A stretch of 64,000 nucleotides of DNA from Paraspadella gotoi (GCA_051294375.1 JBJCIZ010000744.1:362285-426284); one strand, 5' to 3'. Shown: positions 26,591-39,826, numbered from the stretch's first letter. Numbers and translations: made by a program. The notes: generated from the sequence alone by a model not told the origin.

Positions 26591-26818
26591 TGAAGAGACA
26601 GTAATTATTGTTATGTGTTAGTGACAGAACCGTTCAATATAAGCAGTCCCTGAGCTTCGGATCAGGCTGTAACACCATGTTACAGGCGGGTTAAGTGCCC
26701 CGTCCTCAACTGCAAGGCGACCACCGGGCTAGAACCCGTACTTTGGGTTGGGAGGCGAATGACTTGCTCCGGCACCAATGGGCGCTGATGAACAGTTGGT
26801 GGATTTTAATCCACCATA
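26591..26818 (-). mobile_element. Solo LTR family A
   Basis: TSD GAAC (26587-26590 / 26819-26822). Confidence 0.85.
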
Positions 26819-26822
26819 GAAC

Positions 26823-27127
26823 TGTAGTCGGGCATTACCTAGGTTCACCCCGCCTATAAGCATGACTCTTTCAGTTGTGACCCGGTGGATCATTGACCAT
26901 TAGGTACCGGGTTCAATCCCAACCTGGTACCTACCCTGCGGGAAGAGTGAGGACGGCCGTAAGCCGCCTTGGGGGCGTGGCAAACCCTCAAGCCTGGTTC
27001 CAGGCCCAGGACCCGTTCCATGTCTGTTAGAGGGGGTTATATAACGTCAGAAAGATGAAACTCACCGGCTGACGAAGTTCGGGGTCGCCAGCCCGTGCCG
27101 CCAACTTTAACGTCGAAGCTCGCCACA
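26823..27127 (+). mobile_element. Putative solo LTR, family E (TGT...ACA ends, TATA box, long hairpins)
   Basis: TGTAGTCGG...CGCCACA termini, TATAAG at 26855 and a 13-bp hairpin TAGGTACCGGGTT/AACCTGGTACCTA. Homologous to ~37960-38050 on the minus strand. No clean TSD. Confidence 0.5.
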
Positions 27128-27789
27128 GACGAAGATAGTGAAAGGAAAGTATGTTGTCCTGTTAGGTAAGTTGAGCTTTTGTTATACGCCAAAACCCCGG
27201 TCCGCAAAACTAAAATTTTGCCGACATTTCTTTACTTGTTTTACTTCTTTTACCTTGATAGTTGATTGTAGTAAAATTGAGCTCTCGAGAACAAAACAAA
27301 ACAAAACAAGTATAGAGTTTGATTAATTAATTCATTCATTAACAATATTAATAAAATATTTTTTTACTCGATAGTCATCACTCGATTACCGAGTACAAAA
27401 AATATTTTTTATCGAGCCTACCGGCTTCTTTGTGACGTCGTCGTCGTCGTTGTCGGCCTCACGCATTTTTATAGTTTTGGCTAGGACTTACTATTTTTTT
27501 TTTAAATAAAAATTATTATAAATTACAATGAAGTTTTATAAAAGTGTGCGTTCATAGTAAGTTAAAAATTTAGATCGTTTTTTGAAAAATTTGGATTATT
27601 TTTTTCCTTTTAAAAACTTATCGCTATTTATTTAGCGATTTTTTTTCAATGCAAAATCACAAATTTACATCCGAGATTTTCGTGGATTTATTATCTTTCT
27701 CTCTCTCTTTCTTTTTTTCTCTCTCTCTTTCTTTCTCTCTCTTTTTCACTCATACACGCATTTGTTTGTTTTATTTATGATGAATGATT

Positions 27790-28125
27790 CATTGCGTCAT
27801 GAATGACTATCATCACATCAATGAATGACTATCATCGTATCAATGAATGATTATCATCACATCAATGAATGACTATCATCGCATCAACCATTTGGTTATT
27901 ATCACATCAATCATTTTGGTTATCATCACATCGATCATTTGGTTATCGCATCAGTATTGGTTACATCGCATCAATCATTTGGTTATTATCACATCAATCA
28001 TTTGGTTATCATCACATCGATCATTTGGTTATCATCGCATCAAGTATTGGTTATCATCGCATCAATCATTTGGTTATCATCGCATCAATCCTTCGGTTAT
28101 CATCGCATCAATATTTGGTTATCAT
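27790..28125. repeat. ~22-23-bp minisatellite (CATTTGGTTATCATCGCATCAAT)n
   Basis: Direct tandem repeats. Confidence 0.9.
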
Positions 28126-28321
28126 TGAAGGGAGGCTCGATCCTATTCTTTTAAGATTTTTTAATATGTTAATGAATCCAATCAGGTTCTGTATTTTATT
28201 TTTAACTCATAAAGTGGGAGAAAATGATATTGTTAGATCCCTTCATCTAACCTTTTTAATTTCCTCTTTAATTTAATCTTCTTCCCCCCCCCTGCTCTCC
28301 GCCTTTCCTTTCCTCCCGTCC

Positions 28322-29195
28322 TCACCAAAGACCTCGATTGCCGTGCGCCGGGTCCTCCCGTAAGCCCTGCATCTTACGCCACTTTGCGCGCCGATTCTGG
28401 AACCAAATTTGCACGCGGGATTCGTCGAGGCGAATTTGACGCGCCAACGTCAACCGGGTCACGGCGCTGGGGTAGCGATTGTCGTGGAAGACCCGCTCCA
28501 TCTCTTCCAACTGGGCCGGCGTGAAGTGGGTTCTGGAACCGCCGGGGGAAAGAGGGGATTCGGGAAGTAGCAAAATCATCAATTTTGTATTAAAGCTTTC
28601 AACTTATTCTTTAAGAGTCAAAGGAGTACCGCGATTAATATTTAATAAAAGAAGATTATCGCAAAATTGGTACCTGTACTTTCACGTGTGTCCTTGTATA
28701 AAACTACTTGGTAATGACTTCAAAATAAGTTTATTTATTCTTTTGACCCGGGACAAAGAAAAAACTCAAGTTTAGACATGTCAATGAAATCAAATGTCTA
28801 AATCTCTAATCATGCTAGTTCATGCTAGTTTCATGTCAATGGTCGCTTTGTTATGCGATACCCCGACAAGTCTGGGCTTTTCAGGATCTTATTTGTATGA
28901 TATATCTTGATTTTTCACTTTCTCTCCTCCTTTTCTCTCCTTCCCAACCGTTCCTTTCCCTTTCTCACCTCGTCCGGGTTTTCTTTGTCTTATTTGTGTC
29001 CTTGTAGCCAACGACGTAGATTCCGCTCAGATCTTCGTTGTGCTTTCGAGATAAGGAGCGTTTGTCGACGCCGCCGGACGTAAGCCCCGCCACCGCTTCG
29101 TAAGCCAAGCGGGGCGGTGGCGCCACCGAAGCGGACGAGGGCGACGACGCTGACGTGAACGTCGCTCTGGAGATGGCGTTTTGATAAGAGGCCAT
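28322..29195 (-). CDS. PRD-class (Q50) homeobox gene; exons 29195-28969 and 28532-~28326; possible further exons at ~27481-27420, ~26571-26447, ~25286-25067
   Basis: Spliced homeodomain [58 protein letters not shown]. The downstream exons are tentative. Confidence 0.85.
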
Positions 29196-29953
29196 GGCTT
29201 AGCGAAACTGGCGAAAATCGATCCATGTAAGGTAAAATTCTGTTAATTATCAATTTGTGCAAAAATTTAGGATTCATTTAAGACAAAAAAAGTTAAATAA
29301 TTAGAAATAAAAGTTTATACAAACAACTAACATTTAAAATTAATTACCTGTCGAAATTGGATTTCTTGAAAATAATCCGTTGTTTTTTGGATACGTATTT
29401 GTTTTATTGACCTTTTTGTTTACACATGTTTGGATGTTGACGTTTTTTTTTTATCTGAAACAATCCAACTGTTTCATTTATCCTAGTCGATTAGACACGA
29501 TAAAAAACTCGTTTACCTTTAAAAAAATTAAAACTTTTTTAATTAACGAGAAAACACCAAAAATGAACAATATGGCCAAGTCCCAGTTAGTAAAACCGAA
29601 ACTTTTGACAAAAGATTGAGACTCGTAATCGTCATTAAGCAAATTCGCCTCTGTTCGAATAAGCTCGTCAACGTAAGCTTTTCCTGTAACCTGACTTGCG
29701 GAGAAAGTTAGTCGAGTAGGAAACAGAGTGAGAACGGAATTCGAGGAAGAAGGCGGGAGTGGGAGGCAAAGTTCCTGAGGAGGGGGCTATACTCGGGATT
29801 AGAGTAAAGAAAGAAACAGAGAACGTTTCACCCCTTTAGCACTTCCCCCCCCACGCCCATCCCCCATCGGCTCACCCTAACCCTAACTGTCCCCGTAACT
29901 CGTCTCGAGCAATAGAGAGGCGCAACAGAATGACAACAATAGGGAGACGAAAT

Positions 29954-30064
<111 letters not shown>

Positions 30065-30750
30065 CGCCTTTTTTCCCCGCCGGCGGGATTAGCTCGGCGG
30101 AAGAAGAGAGATTGCGAATTGCGTACGGAGGGAGGGCGGGGGTGTTGCGTGTGGTGAGCGGCGAAAATAGAGTGAATGATGAGGAGGTGTTGTTTTTGTT
30201 TTTACGGAGAATGGAGAGATGATAAGTTTTTAGTATGGAATAGTGAGAACAAATAAAATAATTATTCATTATTCAATAAGCGAGCTATCTTGCTCTTTAC
30301 CTTGGAGGTTTAAGGCCTCCATCTCTCTTACAAGATAATAACATTACAAGATCGTGCAAGCGGTCTAGCTTATTCACTCCCAGAGTACCTGGCTTCCTTA
30401 CCAATGAATCGGTGTAATATTTTTTGTTTTTTGAACTCTTTCAAATGGATAGAAGGACCACTCCATTAAGTATTAGAGCTGGGAATATTTTGTACTCTGC
30501 ACAAGCACTTTTTGCACTACCAATATAATAATTATTCGTTATGTTATTTCGTGCAACACATTAAAATTTCAGTGTTTATTCGTTTTGTTTTCTTTTTTTT
30601 TATTGACGGGTAGGTTCCGTTGTGTGCCCGCCGAGATAGATAGGTCTTTCTTCCCGTATAACATCCCTTTCGCTCCTTACCCGCTCCTTACTCGACGCCC
30701 GTCTATTTCGCGACGCTTCCTCTTCTCTAGTGGGCGTGGCGATCCCCGAG

Positions 30751-30783
<33 letters not shown>

Positions 30784-30876
30784 CCTCCGCCGCTCGCCTC
30801 GCGGAATGAAAATATTTTTCCTTTATGTTGAACGAAAAGAAAAACTGGAGAAAAAACGGTTTTATCCTCCCATTCG

Positions 30877-30912
<36 letters not shown>

Positions 30913-31324
30913 CCATCACCATCATCATCATCATCATCATCATCATTGTAGAGAAATGGCGATTCCATTTCTATTATTTTTCTTTGCCATTTGTTTTACA
31001 ATTTGTTTTACCTTTTGTAGATTGCGCTTTTACTTTTCTTGGAGATTACTCTCCCTTTTCTTTATCTTTTACCAGATATACTAGGCCATAGACTTTAGAC
31101 CCTTTCTCAGCCCGTCCAAAAACGGCCTTTTACGGAGTTAGGCCAACCCCACGTCACGTCAAGTCACATTTCGTTATGATACCGTTTCAGAGAGCCCTTA
31201 AGGCCAGGCCCTTGAGCCCCAGAGACTTTACGGCTTTAGACTTTTTTTTTCTTCTGAAATAAAAGAGACAATTTGACAGTTAAGACGATAAAAAGATTAA
31301 ACGATTTGAAACAATATGACATTC

Positions 31325-31504
31325 TATGGTGGACTAAAATCCACCAACCGTTCATCAGCGGCCATTGGTGCCGGAGGCAAGTCATTCGCCTCCCAACCCA
31401 AAGGTCCGGGGTTCTAGCCCGGTGGTCGTCTGGCAGTTAAGAGGGACGGGGCGTATATTGAACGGTTCTGTCATTAACACTTATCAATAATTACTGTCTC
31501 TTCA
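31325..31504 (+). mobile_element. Solo LTR family A (internally deleted)
   Basis: TSD ATTC. tRNA-like cassette at 31358-31429. Confidence 0.85.
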
Positions 31505-31676
31505 ATTCAAACAATAAATGAGTATTGAGCAAGACAAGGCTTTAGACTAGTGGGCGGTCTAGTGGATAGACTCGACAACAACAACAGACGACCACAACAT
31601 CGACAACTACAATATGAAAGTTGCAAAATTACTTGTTTCATATAATCATACAATTCTATGAATATATATAACATAT

Positions 31677-31906
31677 TATGGATGACTAAAATCCAAAAAC
31701 CGTTCATCTGCGGCCATTGGTGCAGGAGGCAAGTCATTCGCCTCTCAACCCAAAGGTCCGGGGTTTTTGCCCGGTGGTCGCCTTGCAGTTAAGAGGGACG
31801 GGGCGCTTAACCCGCTTGTAACAGCCTGATCCGAAGCTCATGGACTGCTAATAGTTATACTGAACGGTTCTGTCACTAACTCATCACAATAATTTCTGTC
31901 TCTTCA
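31677..31906 (+). mobile_element. Solo LTR family A (more diverged)
   Basis: Flanks ATAT / ATAC (3 of 4 TSD match). Confidence 0.8.
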
Positions 31907-34900
31907 ATACTATATATTCATTGTCTATTATAAATATTATAGCATTTAAAATTATATGATGTTTAGAAATATGGCATATAGAGTTTGAGATTTAAAAGAT
32001 CCTCTGTTGTACTTTAAGTTACTAGTTTCATTATATCAAAAAAATATTCAAGAAAGTCTATGTATTTTGGTATTCAAAGAGGAACGAAAAGAAAGAGACG
32101 GTATAGTAATCCAAGGAAATCTGAGTATCAAATAGTTCCCTAAGTGTCACCCATTGTTAATATCGACAATCCTACTTTCTTAAGTATTCTCATCGATCCT
32201 ACTACCTAAAGCACATACGTACCATTTATTTTACTCGTTGCTTCCCCCCGCCCCACGAGACAACGAATTAGCTAAAGAAGAACGACCCCACACTTTGCCA
32301 CTTTTTTTTTATTTTCGCCACTCCCACTTGATCACCCTCGGTAGGGGGAGATGAGATCACCCTCCGTATATAATTCACTCCGCCAGCGTTCGGGTTTCCC
32401 TCCCCACCCATCCGGACCCCCTTTCGACAGCCACGCCCTATTTGCCCCTTCTGCGCTCGGCCGCTTGTGAAAGTCAAATTCAATCAGCAGATAAAGAAAA
32501 GAAGATTAACTCGGGAGCCTCTCTTCGCACTGGTTAAGGGGGGCGGGGGAGAGACGTTGAGCGGGTGGGGGGGTTTAGTGAGAGAAGGGAAGAGAGAGAG
32601 AAATGAGGATGAACGAGAGGGAGAGGGAGTGGAGAATTAGAGAACGTGAGGGGGAAACGTGAAGATGGGTAGGGAAAGAGAGGAAAAGACAGGTAAGAAA
32701 GTGAAAGAGAGAAGGAAGAAATCCAAAAAAAGGAGTAAAAAACAATGAACAATTTGGATATAAAAATATGGAAAAGAGGAATAAAAAAAGGAAAACTGAG
32801 AGAGAGAGAGAGAGCGAGAGAGAGCGAGAGCGAGAGAGAGACAGAGTCGTCGAAAAAAGAAAATGTGGGCGGAGAGTATAAAACTCTTTTATTCACTTGT
32901 GGGTTTTTTTCTCTTTGAATTCGAATAGAGAATTCTTTCTTTCTTTTTCTTCCCTTTTTTCGGTAGTAAAGTTGTATGCAGAGTGAAGCGGCGCTAGCGG
33001 TCCCTCAGGTCCGACCGTTGTTCTTTTTTTTGTCCTTTTTTTTTGGGGTTTGAATTTTCGCGGGGTTTTTTGTGAGATGGTTAATTGGTTATACGTAATA
33101 ATAATAATAATAATATGAATCGTTTTTTAGAGATCTGCTTTCCGCTTTCTTTAAAATTTAGGAAACATTATCTTCAACCGTGCTTTGAAAAAAAAGGAGA
33201 GAGATGCAGAGATAGAGAGAAAGAAAGAAATATATGAGATAGAGAGAAGGAAAAAAAATAAGGAATGAAAATGATAAGAAAGAAAAAATGAAAGAACAAA
33301 AGAAAGAAAAAGGGAAGAAATAAAGAAAGAAGGAAAGAGAAAGAGCGAGATGGAGATAGAGTCAGAGGCAAACGGGGTTAAGTAGGCGCCGAGAAATGAC
33401 GAGAGTCCGACGCAAATGACGCGCGAAAGTCATTTCTCATTTTCGTCGGACAATCCTTCGTCGCCGAGTAAAAGCTCGGTCGGTCGGTCAGTCAGTTGGT
33501 CGGTTGGACAACTTATTTCCAAAATTCGGGAAGCCCGGAAGGGTGGTGTCGGGCAGCTTGGGTTCTCTGTAATTTTCAGAGGGGGCGGACCGTCGGACCG
33601 ACAAAGTCGGGATCTGCTGATAAGCCGACTAAAAATATTTGTATTCTTTAATGAATAAAAATATAGAAGAATAGAAAATCTCAGAACTTTCAAAATGTTT
33701 CAAACAACAGCACAAACGAGGCCGGAACCACTGTGAGAAACCAACACAATGAGTTGCATAGAAAATTGTTGTTTCGATCGATGTATGTGAAATTTCCTTT
33801 GATTTCACGCTAGCAAAATATTTGACAATGTACTAAAAAAAAGGAGTGACGGAGTGAAAAGCCGGTGGAACAACCTCTGCTCCCTCTTGCAAAGAAAATT
33901 AACGTTTGAACAATTGTAAATTGTGATCGAAAGGGTAACGCAAATCGAATATTTTGTCCCTTACTATCGCATTTCTCTGCGGTTGGAAAGGTTTGAAAAC
34001 GAACAGGGTGGCCCCAAAGTTTGAAAATAGACCAAGAAAATATATTAAGGCTTTACATACGATGATGTTCATTTTCTTGAGGCCAAGTTTCGGGAATATA
34101 TAACTGAATGTTAGTATTGGAAAAAAAGAAATACCCGTTAAGTAAACGAAACAATCTTTTAAAGATAAATAAAGAAAAAAACTATGCACATCAGATTGAT
34201 CGTTTTAAATAAATTACTCTGAAATCTTTTTAGAATAACTTTAAAGATTCGTGCAAATCGCTCCACGCAATATATTCGGATGTATTATTGCTTTCGTTAA
34301 TATTGTAGCATACGGATTGAAAATAATTTTTAAAGCCACGCTGTATTTCTTTTTCCGTGTGCCTCCCAGGAAAAAACGAAAAAACAATTGCCGGTAAAGT
34401 GAAAGTCGCTTAAACTAAGCACATCAGATTGATCGTTTTAAATAAATTATTCTGAATTCTTTTTAGAATAACTCTAAAGATTCCTACTAGTCCCACGAAC
34501 AAAAAGAACACTGGAATCGTGGATATCATATGGCCTCGTTCAATTGTACCAATTCTTTTCTCAGAGGAAGAAATTCCTTAGAATCTTTTTCGTTTAATTC
34601 AGTTTTCCCAAGACGATCATACTCATAGCTCAACTTATGAGATGTGGTCAGGAACAGATTAGAAAAGATAATAAATGTATGTATAACATTCGGGATTAAG
34701 ATCATTAAAATCTTTAAACCGACTTTCTGAGTCGATACTTTGATAAAATAAATATTTCCCGAGACCGTTTCTGCAGCAATGAGACAAAGTATTAAGAAAT
34801 AATTCGGCTCGAGATAATGATAATTTCCAAGATTGACTACAACGTCAGGTTTGGCCTCAAGACCATTTTATTTCGTCATGGTTTGTTCTGGATGTATTTT

Positions 34901-34984
34901 TAACGGATTAGAGCAGCGTTAAGTTCGTTTCTTGAAGTAAATATTCTCCGACATAAAAAACAATTCCGAGAGGGCGACTGAGCG

Positions 34985-35152
34985 TGACCAATCGTTCCAC
35001 GTGACCAATCGTTCCACGTGACCAATGGTTCCACGTGACCACGTGACAATCGTTCCACGTGACCACGTGACCATCTTTTCACGTGACCACGTGACCTTCG
35101 TTCCACGTTACCACATGACCACGTGACCATCGTTACACGTGACCACGTGACC
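34985..35152. repeat. Tandem repeat built from CACGTGAC (E-box) units
   Basis: About ten CACGTG hexamers within ~170 bp. Confidence 0.85.
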
Positions 35153-35223
35153 ATTGTCAATAATCCCTTCAAATTTCAAACAATCAGCGTTGATCCAATT
35201 TTCCTCCTGGTTCCAAATATCTC

Positions 35224-35311
<88 letters not shown>

Positions 35312-35575
35312 TAATAATATAATAATCCAATTTTTCCTGAGGGAGGCGAGACCCCAATAAAACGGTTCGACGCTGACTCAGTAAAAATTAAAAGCAAAGG
35401 AATGTGTATTCAAACTCCAAACGAACCAGCTGGCTCGTCACCACGTGCCTATCTATCTCTTGGAACAGGGCCAGACATAACATGTTCCAAGTCGGCGTAA
35501 ACGATTGTAAAATCATTCTCCACCCGGAATGAATGGAATATCTTTCCGAAAAATCTTTGTTCACAAGTCCCTAAC

Positions 35576-37781
35576 TTCGGCGGGCGTGAAAATCCTCGCC
35601 AAAACCTCGGGGGTGAGAAAAAGTAGCCACGGGTTAATCTTGACGGATTTGACGTAAAATAAATCAAGAGTAACGTTAATTCCGGCGCATCCTTGCACCG
35701 CGCCCAGCGCCTCCCATATTTTCGGAAACCATGACGTTTTTAATTGATCGACGGCGAATGTCAAACTCGTCCTGTGATTGGACGCCGCCAGAACGAGGCT
35801 GAGCGTCGACAAGCCTATAGACGCCAACTCCAAGTAGGGAGTATTTCGCCAGCTGCAGGAAAATTCATCGCTGTTCTCAGTCGTGCTGAAGGAAGACGCT
35901 CGGCAGAAACATTCACCGTGAGTCTCGTTCAGACCGAACCTGTTAATAAGGTCAAAATTAGTCAATATATACGTAATTACGTATGTATATTTGAGAAAAT
36001 TTTTAATGAACAAATTTTTATCTTACAGCAGATTCCGGGTCCACGAATGACTTTGTCGGTCCGTCGGTCCCACCCCAAAATCTTGTCGGTAACAAAAATA
36101 AACCTGTTTCACTATTTGATCATGCTGTGGAAATATATTCAGTATATTCAGAATATTCAGTATATTCAGTATATTCAGTATATTCACACTGCCTCACGTC
36201 CATCATTGGCTCAGAGGGGGAACGCACCATCCCAGGCGTTGCGTTTCCTATGCGTTGGCAAAGCGAGACCCTCTTAGGGTAACCGGCTAACCGCGCCAGT
36301 CGAGTCACTGAGGGTTGGAAGCCTTAAATCAAAAAGTGAAATGCATCACAGGCAACCCGGCTGTTGCCATAAGTGGTGAGCCTTACTATCGAACACTCAA
36401 CTTTCTTAGGCTACGCTGTTTTTCTATTTCTTTTAATAAAATAATCTTTTAAATAGTTATTCATTCAGCTGCTTAACGCTAATGGCCGTGGGTAGATACG
36501 GCATTGTTATTTATTTATTTATTTATTTTAGATAAAAAATGTGAAGAAATTGTTTTAAAATTTTTTAAAAATAGTTTTTTAAACATTTAGCTACATTTTT
36601 TTTTAAATTTCGTAATGTTTATTAGGTCATGACGCGATGAATTTAGCAGTTTACGCTAATGTAACGATGTTTGATAAATGTAAGATATATTGTGATATAA
36701 GAGTTATCGAAATCTATTTCGGATTTGTTTATAATGCTTGTCTTTCTTAGGCTAGAATTAGAATTAGAATACCTGTAAAGAAGACCATCCCCGAAAAGAG
36801 ACGTCAATCCAGCACGGAGAACTATGAGTCCCTCTTTCGGTTTCCACTTGAAACGCCATCTCTAATTGTTCCAAACGGTGCATCCCGGAAAAGACTGCTC
36901 CTCGGATCCGCTGGTCCAGTCCAGGACGAGAACGAACGTTTGGACGAGCAGTTGGGGAAGGCCTCTCCGTAAGAGTGGATCAGGTTGACCGAAGTTTCGA
37001 GTCAAGTTTTAAATTCGTTTCGACGATAATAATTTTCCGTTTTTTTCCCGCGCGAAAGATTTTCGTATCGAACTTTTACGTTGGGATTTTTCCTCTTTTT
37101 TCTCCTTTTCTTTTCTCCGTTTGTACTTTTCTCTGACAATTATTTCCTTCCTCTTCCACCCTTATCTTTTCTTCTTTAATTTCCTTCTTTTTCCTTCTCA
37201 AATTTTTCATTCTGTTCTCCGCTTTGATCATTACCTTCCTTTCCTTTTCACCTTTTCCCCTTTCCTTTTCGTCCTTTTCTCCTTTCCTTTTCACCTTTTC
37301 TCCTTTCCTTTTCGTTTTCTCATTTTTTTCCTTTTTACTCGTACCTTTCATAATTTCTTCATCTTCGGTTAGTCTCCCTTCCTTTTTTCCTAGTTCCTTC
37401 TTTTCATTATTCTCATCCGCTATTTTATTCATTTCCTCTCTTCCTAACCTTTCGTTCCTTTCTCTCTCTCCTTTTCTCCTTCCCTTCCAATCCTCTTTCT
37501 CCATATAATTATCCACTGCCAGCGCCACGGCCCCTAGCCCCGTCAGATGAGCGACCACAGTCCACCGCCGCCTCCTCGGCGTCCCCCACAGCTTGGCGAG
37601 GGATGAGGAAGAGTCCGAAGAAGGCGGAGAAGAGAGCGTGTGCGACGAAGAGGCCAAATTTGATGAAGAGATCGTGTGTGAAGGCGGAAGTGTAGCGGAC
37701 GATCGTCTGGAGGTCTGTTCCGATGTCGGCAACGATGAGTACGACGCCGACGAAGAGGATCGCCGTGGAGACCAACGGCAT
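35576..37781 (-). pseudogene. XK-related (Xkr) multipass membrane protein gene with frameshifts and an in-frame stop (pseudogene or assembly errors); exons ~37781-37510, ~37020-36773, 35939-35576
   Basis: XK-like motifs: VLIVADIGTDL..IVRY, GEAFP/QLLVQ (frameshifted), LASIGLSTLSLVLA and PEVLARIF. Phase-consistent junction LLYR|FGL. In-frame TAG near 36863. Confidence 0.6.
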
Positions 37782-37794
37782 CGCGTTCTGGGTC

Positions 37795-37870
37795 TCCCGG
37801 TTAGCTCAATCGGTAGAGCACAGGACTCTTAATCATGGGGTCGTGGGTTCGAGCCGCACATTGGGCGCCA
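37795..37870 (+). tRNA. trnK-CTT: tRNA-Lys(CTT) pseudogene with genomically encoded 3' CCA
   Basis: TCCCGGTTAGCTCAATCGGTAGAGCACAGGACTCTTAATCATGGGGTCGTGGGTTCGAGCCGCACATTGGGCG-CCA, with mismatches in the acceptor, anticodon and T stems. Confidence 0.85.
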
Positions 37871-39716
37871 CTCTAACTGAAGGACTCTGGGTTTAACTGG
37901 GTCTAACGTCTATCAAAAACGGAGAGGAAATGGAGGGTGAATAAATGTATTTCACAACTGAGGCCTTTCTCACGCTTTCCGAAGAGCAGGTCTTGGGTTT
38001 GGTAGTGGTCATGAGCCAACGGGTTACGACTGAAGGAGTCATGCTTATATTCGGGATGAATTTATTACAATGTTCTGACTTAGACTTAATTAAAAATGGA
38101 AAGAACTTTAGGAAGTTCCAGGGAACAAATGTCATTTAGCGAAAGCGCATCGTTTTACTTAATTTATCCTTGAACTTAATTTGAACCCTAATATGTAACC
38201 CAAGTCTTTCACCAAATTCTGAACTCAATCAACAACCCTTATTAATAACTCTTAAATCTATCCCCTAATCTAAGCCCTTATCCCTAAAGTACAAGCGTTA
38301 AATCTAATCCTAAGCCAAATCTCTAACCTTATCCTTAACCTTATGCTAAATCTCTTAAGCCAAATCTCTAACCTTATCCTTAACCTTAGGCTAATCTTAC
38401 AAATTAACAGACTAGTTTAAATCTAATCCTAAGCCAAATCTCTAACCTTATCCTTAACCTTATGCTAATCTTACTAATTTAAATCTTACTAGTTTAAATC
38501 TAACTTTATGCTGAAATAGGAAATTATAGCCTTTTATGTAAAAAGAGTTAAGCGGCTCAAATACCTCCGACGTATGTATAGTATACTATACATTGTATAG
38601 TCTAATGCACGTATAATGCATACAATAATATAATTGAAAGCTTGCGGCTCAGCGGCGACGATGTCTTTGCTCTTTTTACTCGCCGCTTGTGAAGAAGCAA
38701 AAAAGTGGGCGTTGCGTTGACGTCCGTCTGTCCCCTCTTAGTAGGGGTAGCCCCACTCAATGGGGTGAGTCAAAAATTAGAATGATTACATGCTCAAACG
38801 AAAATTTATACATTTTTAAGTCAACTTTCAATGGACAAAACATTTCTTATATGGCTCTATACCCAAATAATTAATTTTTTAATATTTATTTATAGATAGA
38901 AAAGGCCAAATTTTTTTTTAATTTTAAAAGTTTAAGACCAGATTCAGATAGCTCATAAAAAGTTGTCTACACAAAGTATAATTCTTTTTTAAATATTTTT
39001 ATGATAAGTGAGTCAAAAATAAAAATAACCGTAAAAAATCATCATCTTCATCATCTTTCGATGATTTTATCAGTTTTTTTACATTCTCACTTAGAAAACG
39101 TCGGAATTTTTAAAAGCTATATAAAGCTATATTTCTTGTTTAACTTTTTATGCTCTATCAGAATCCATCAAAAAATTTTAAGATTTAAAAAAAAAATTTT
39201 ATAATGTAAAAAAAGATAAGTAATATTTAATGTATTAATCAAGACGTATAATGTAAATTTTTTTGGAAAATGATTGCTTAAATATTTAGTCAAGAAAACT
39301 AAAAAAACTTTGTTAATAGTCGAAATTTTATATTATCTCCGGAGCTGGTCCCTACTCTGAGCAAAAAACTCCAATTACTCGTGATTGGATGGATGGATTG
39401 AATGAAATTTTGTGTGTGGGTAGAAAATTGTGTGATTGAGCAGAATATAAAGTGGAGTGGAAATGACTGCCTAACATTCTATCGGACTTTCTGTCTTTCT
39501 GCGACAGTCTGGCTTTCTGTCTGTCTGTCTGTCTGTCGGCGGGAAAATAATGACATTCTCAATGGACCAATACCGAATTTTGCTTTCATTCCATCTAATC
39601 CCTTCTTTTCTTTTCTTTTCTTTTCTTCTCTTTTTCTTCTCATCTCCCCTTCTTTCGCTATTTTCTCCTTTCCACTTCTCTCCTTCCTTCACAGCCCAAT
39701 AAATGTCAGATAAGGG

Positions 39717-39752
<36 letters not shown>

Positions 39753-39756
39753 TCTT

Positions 39757-39826
<70 letters not shown>

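Noticed and set aside
31325-31906. Two nearby direct LTR copies as one TRIM
   Set aside because: The spacer lacks PBS and PPT, and each copy has its own TSD.
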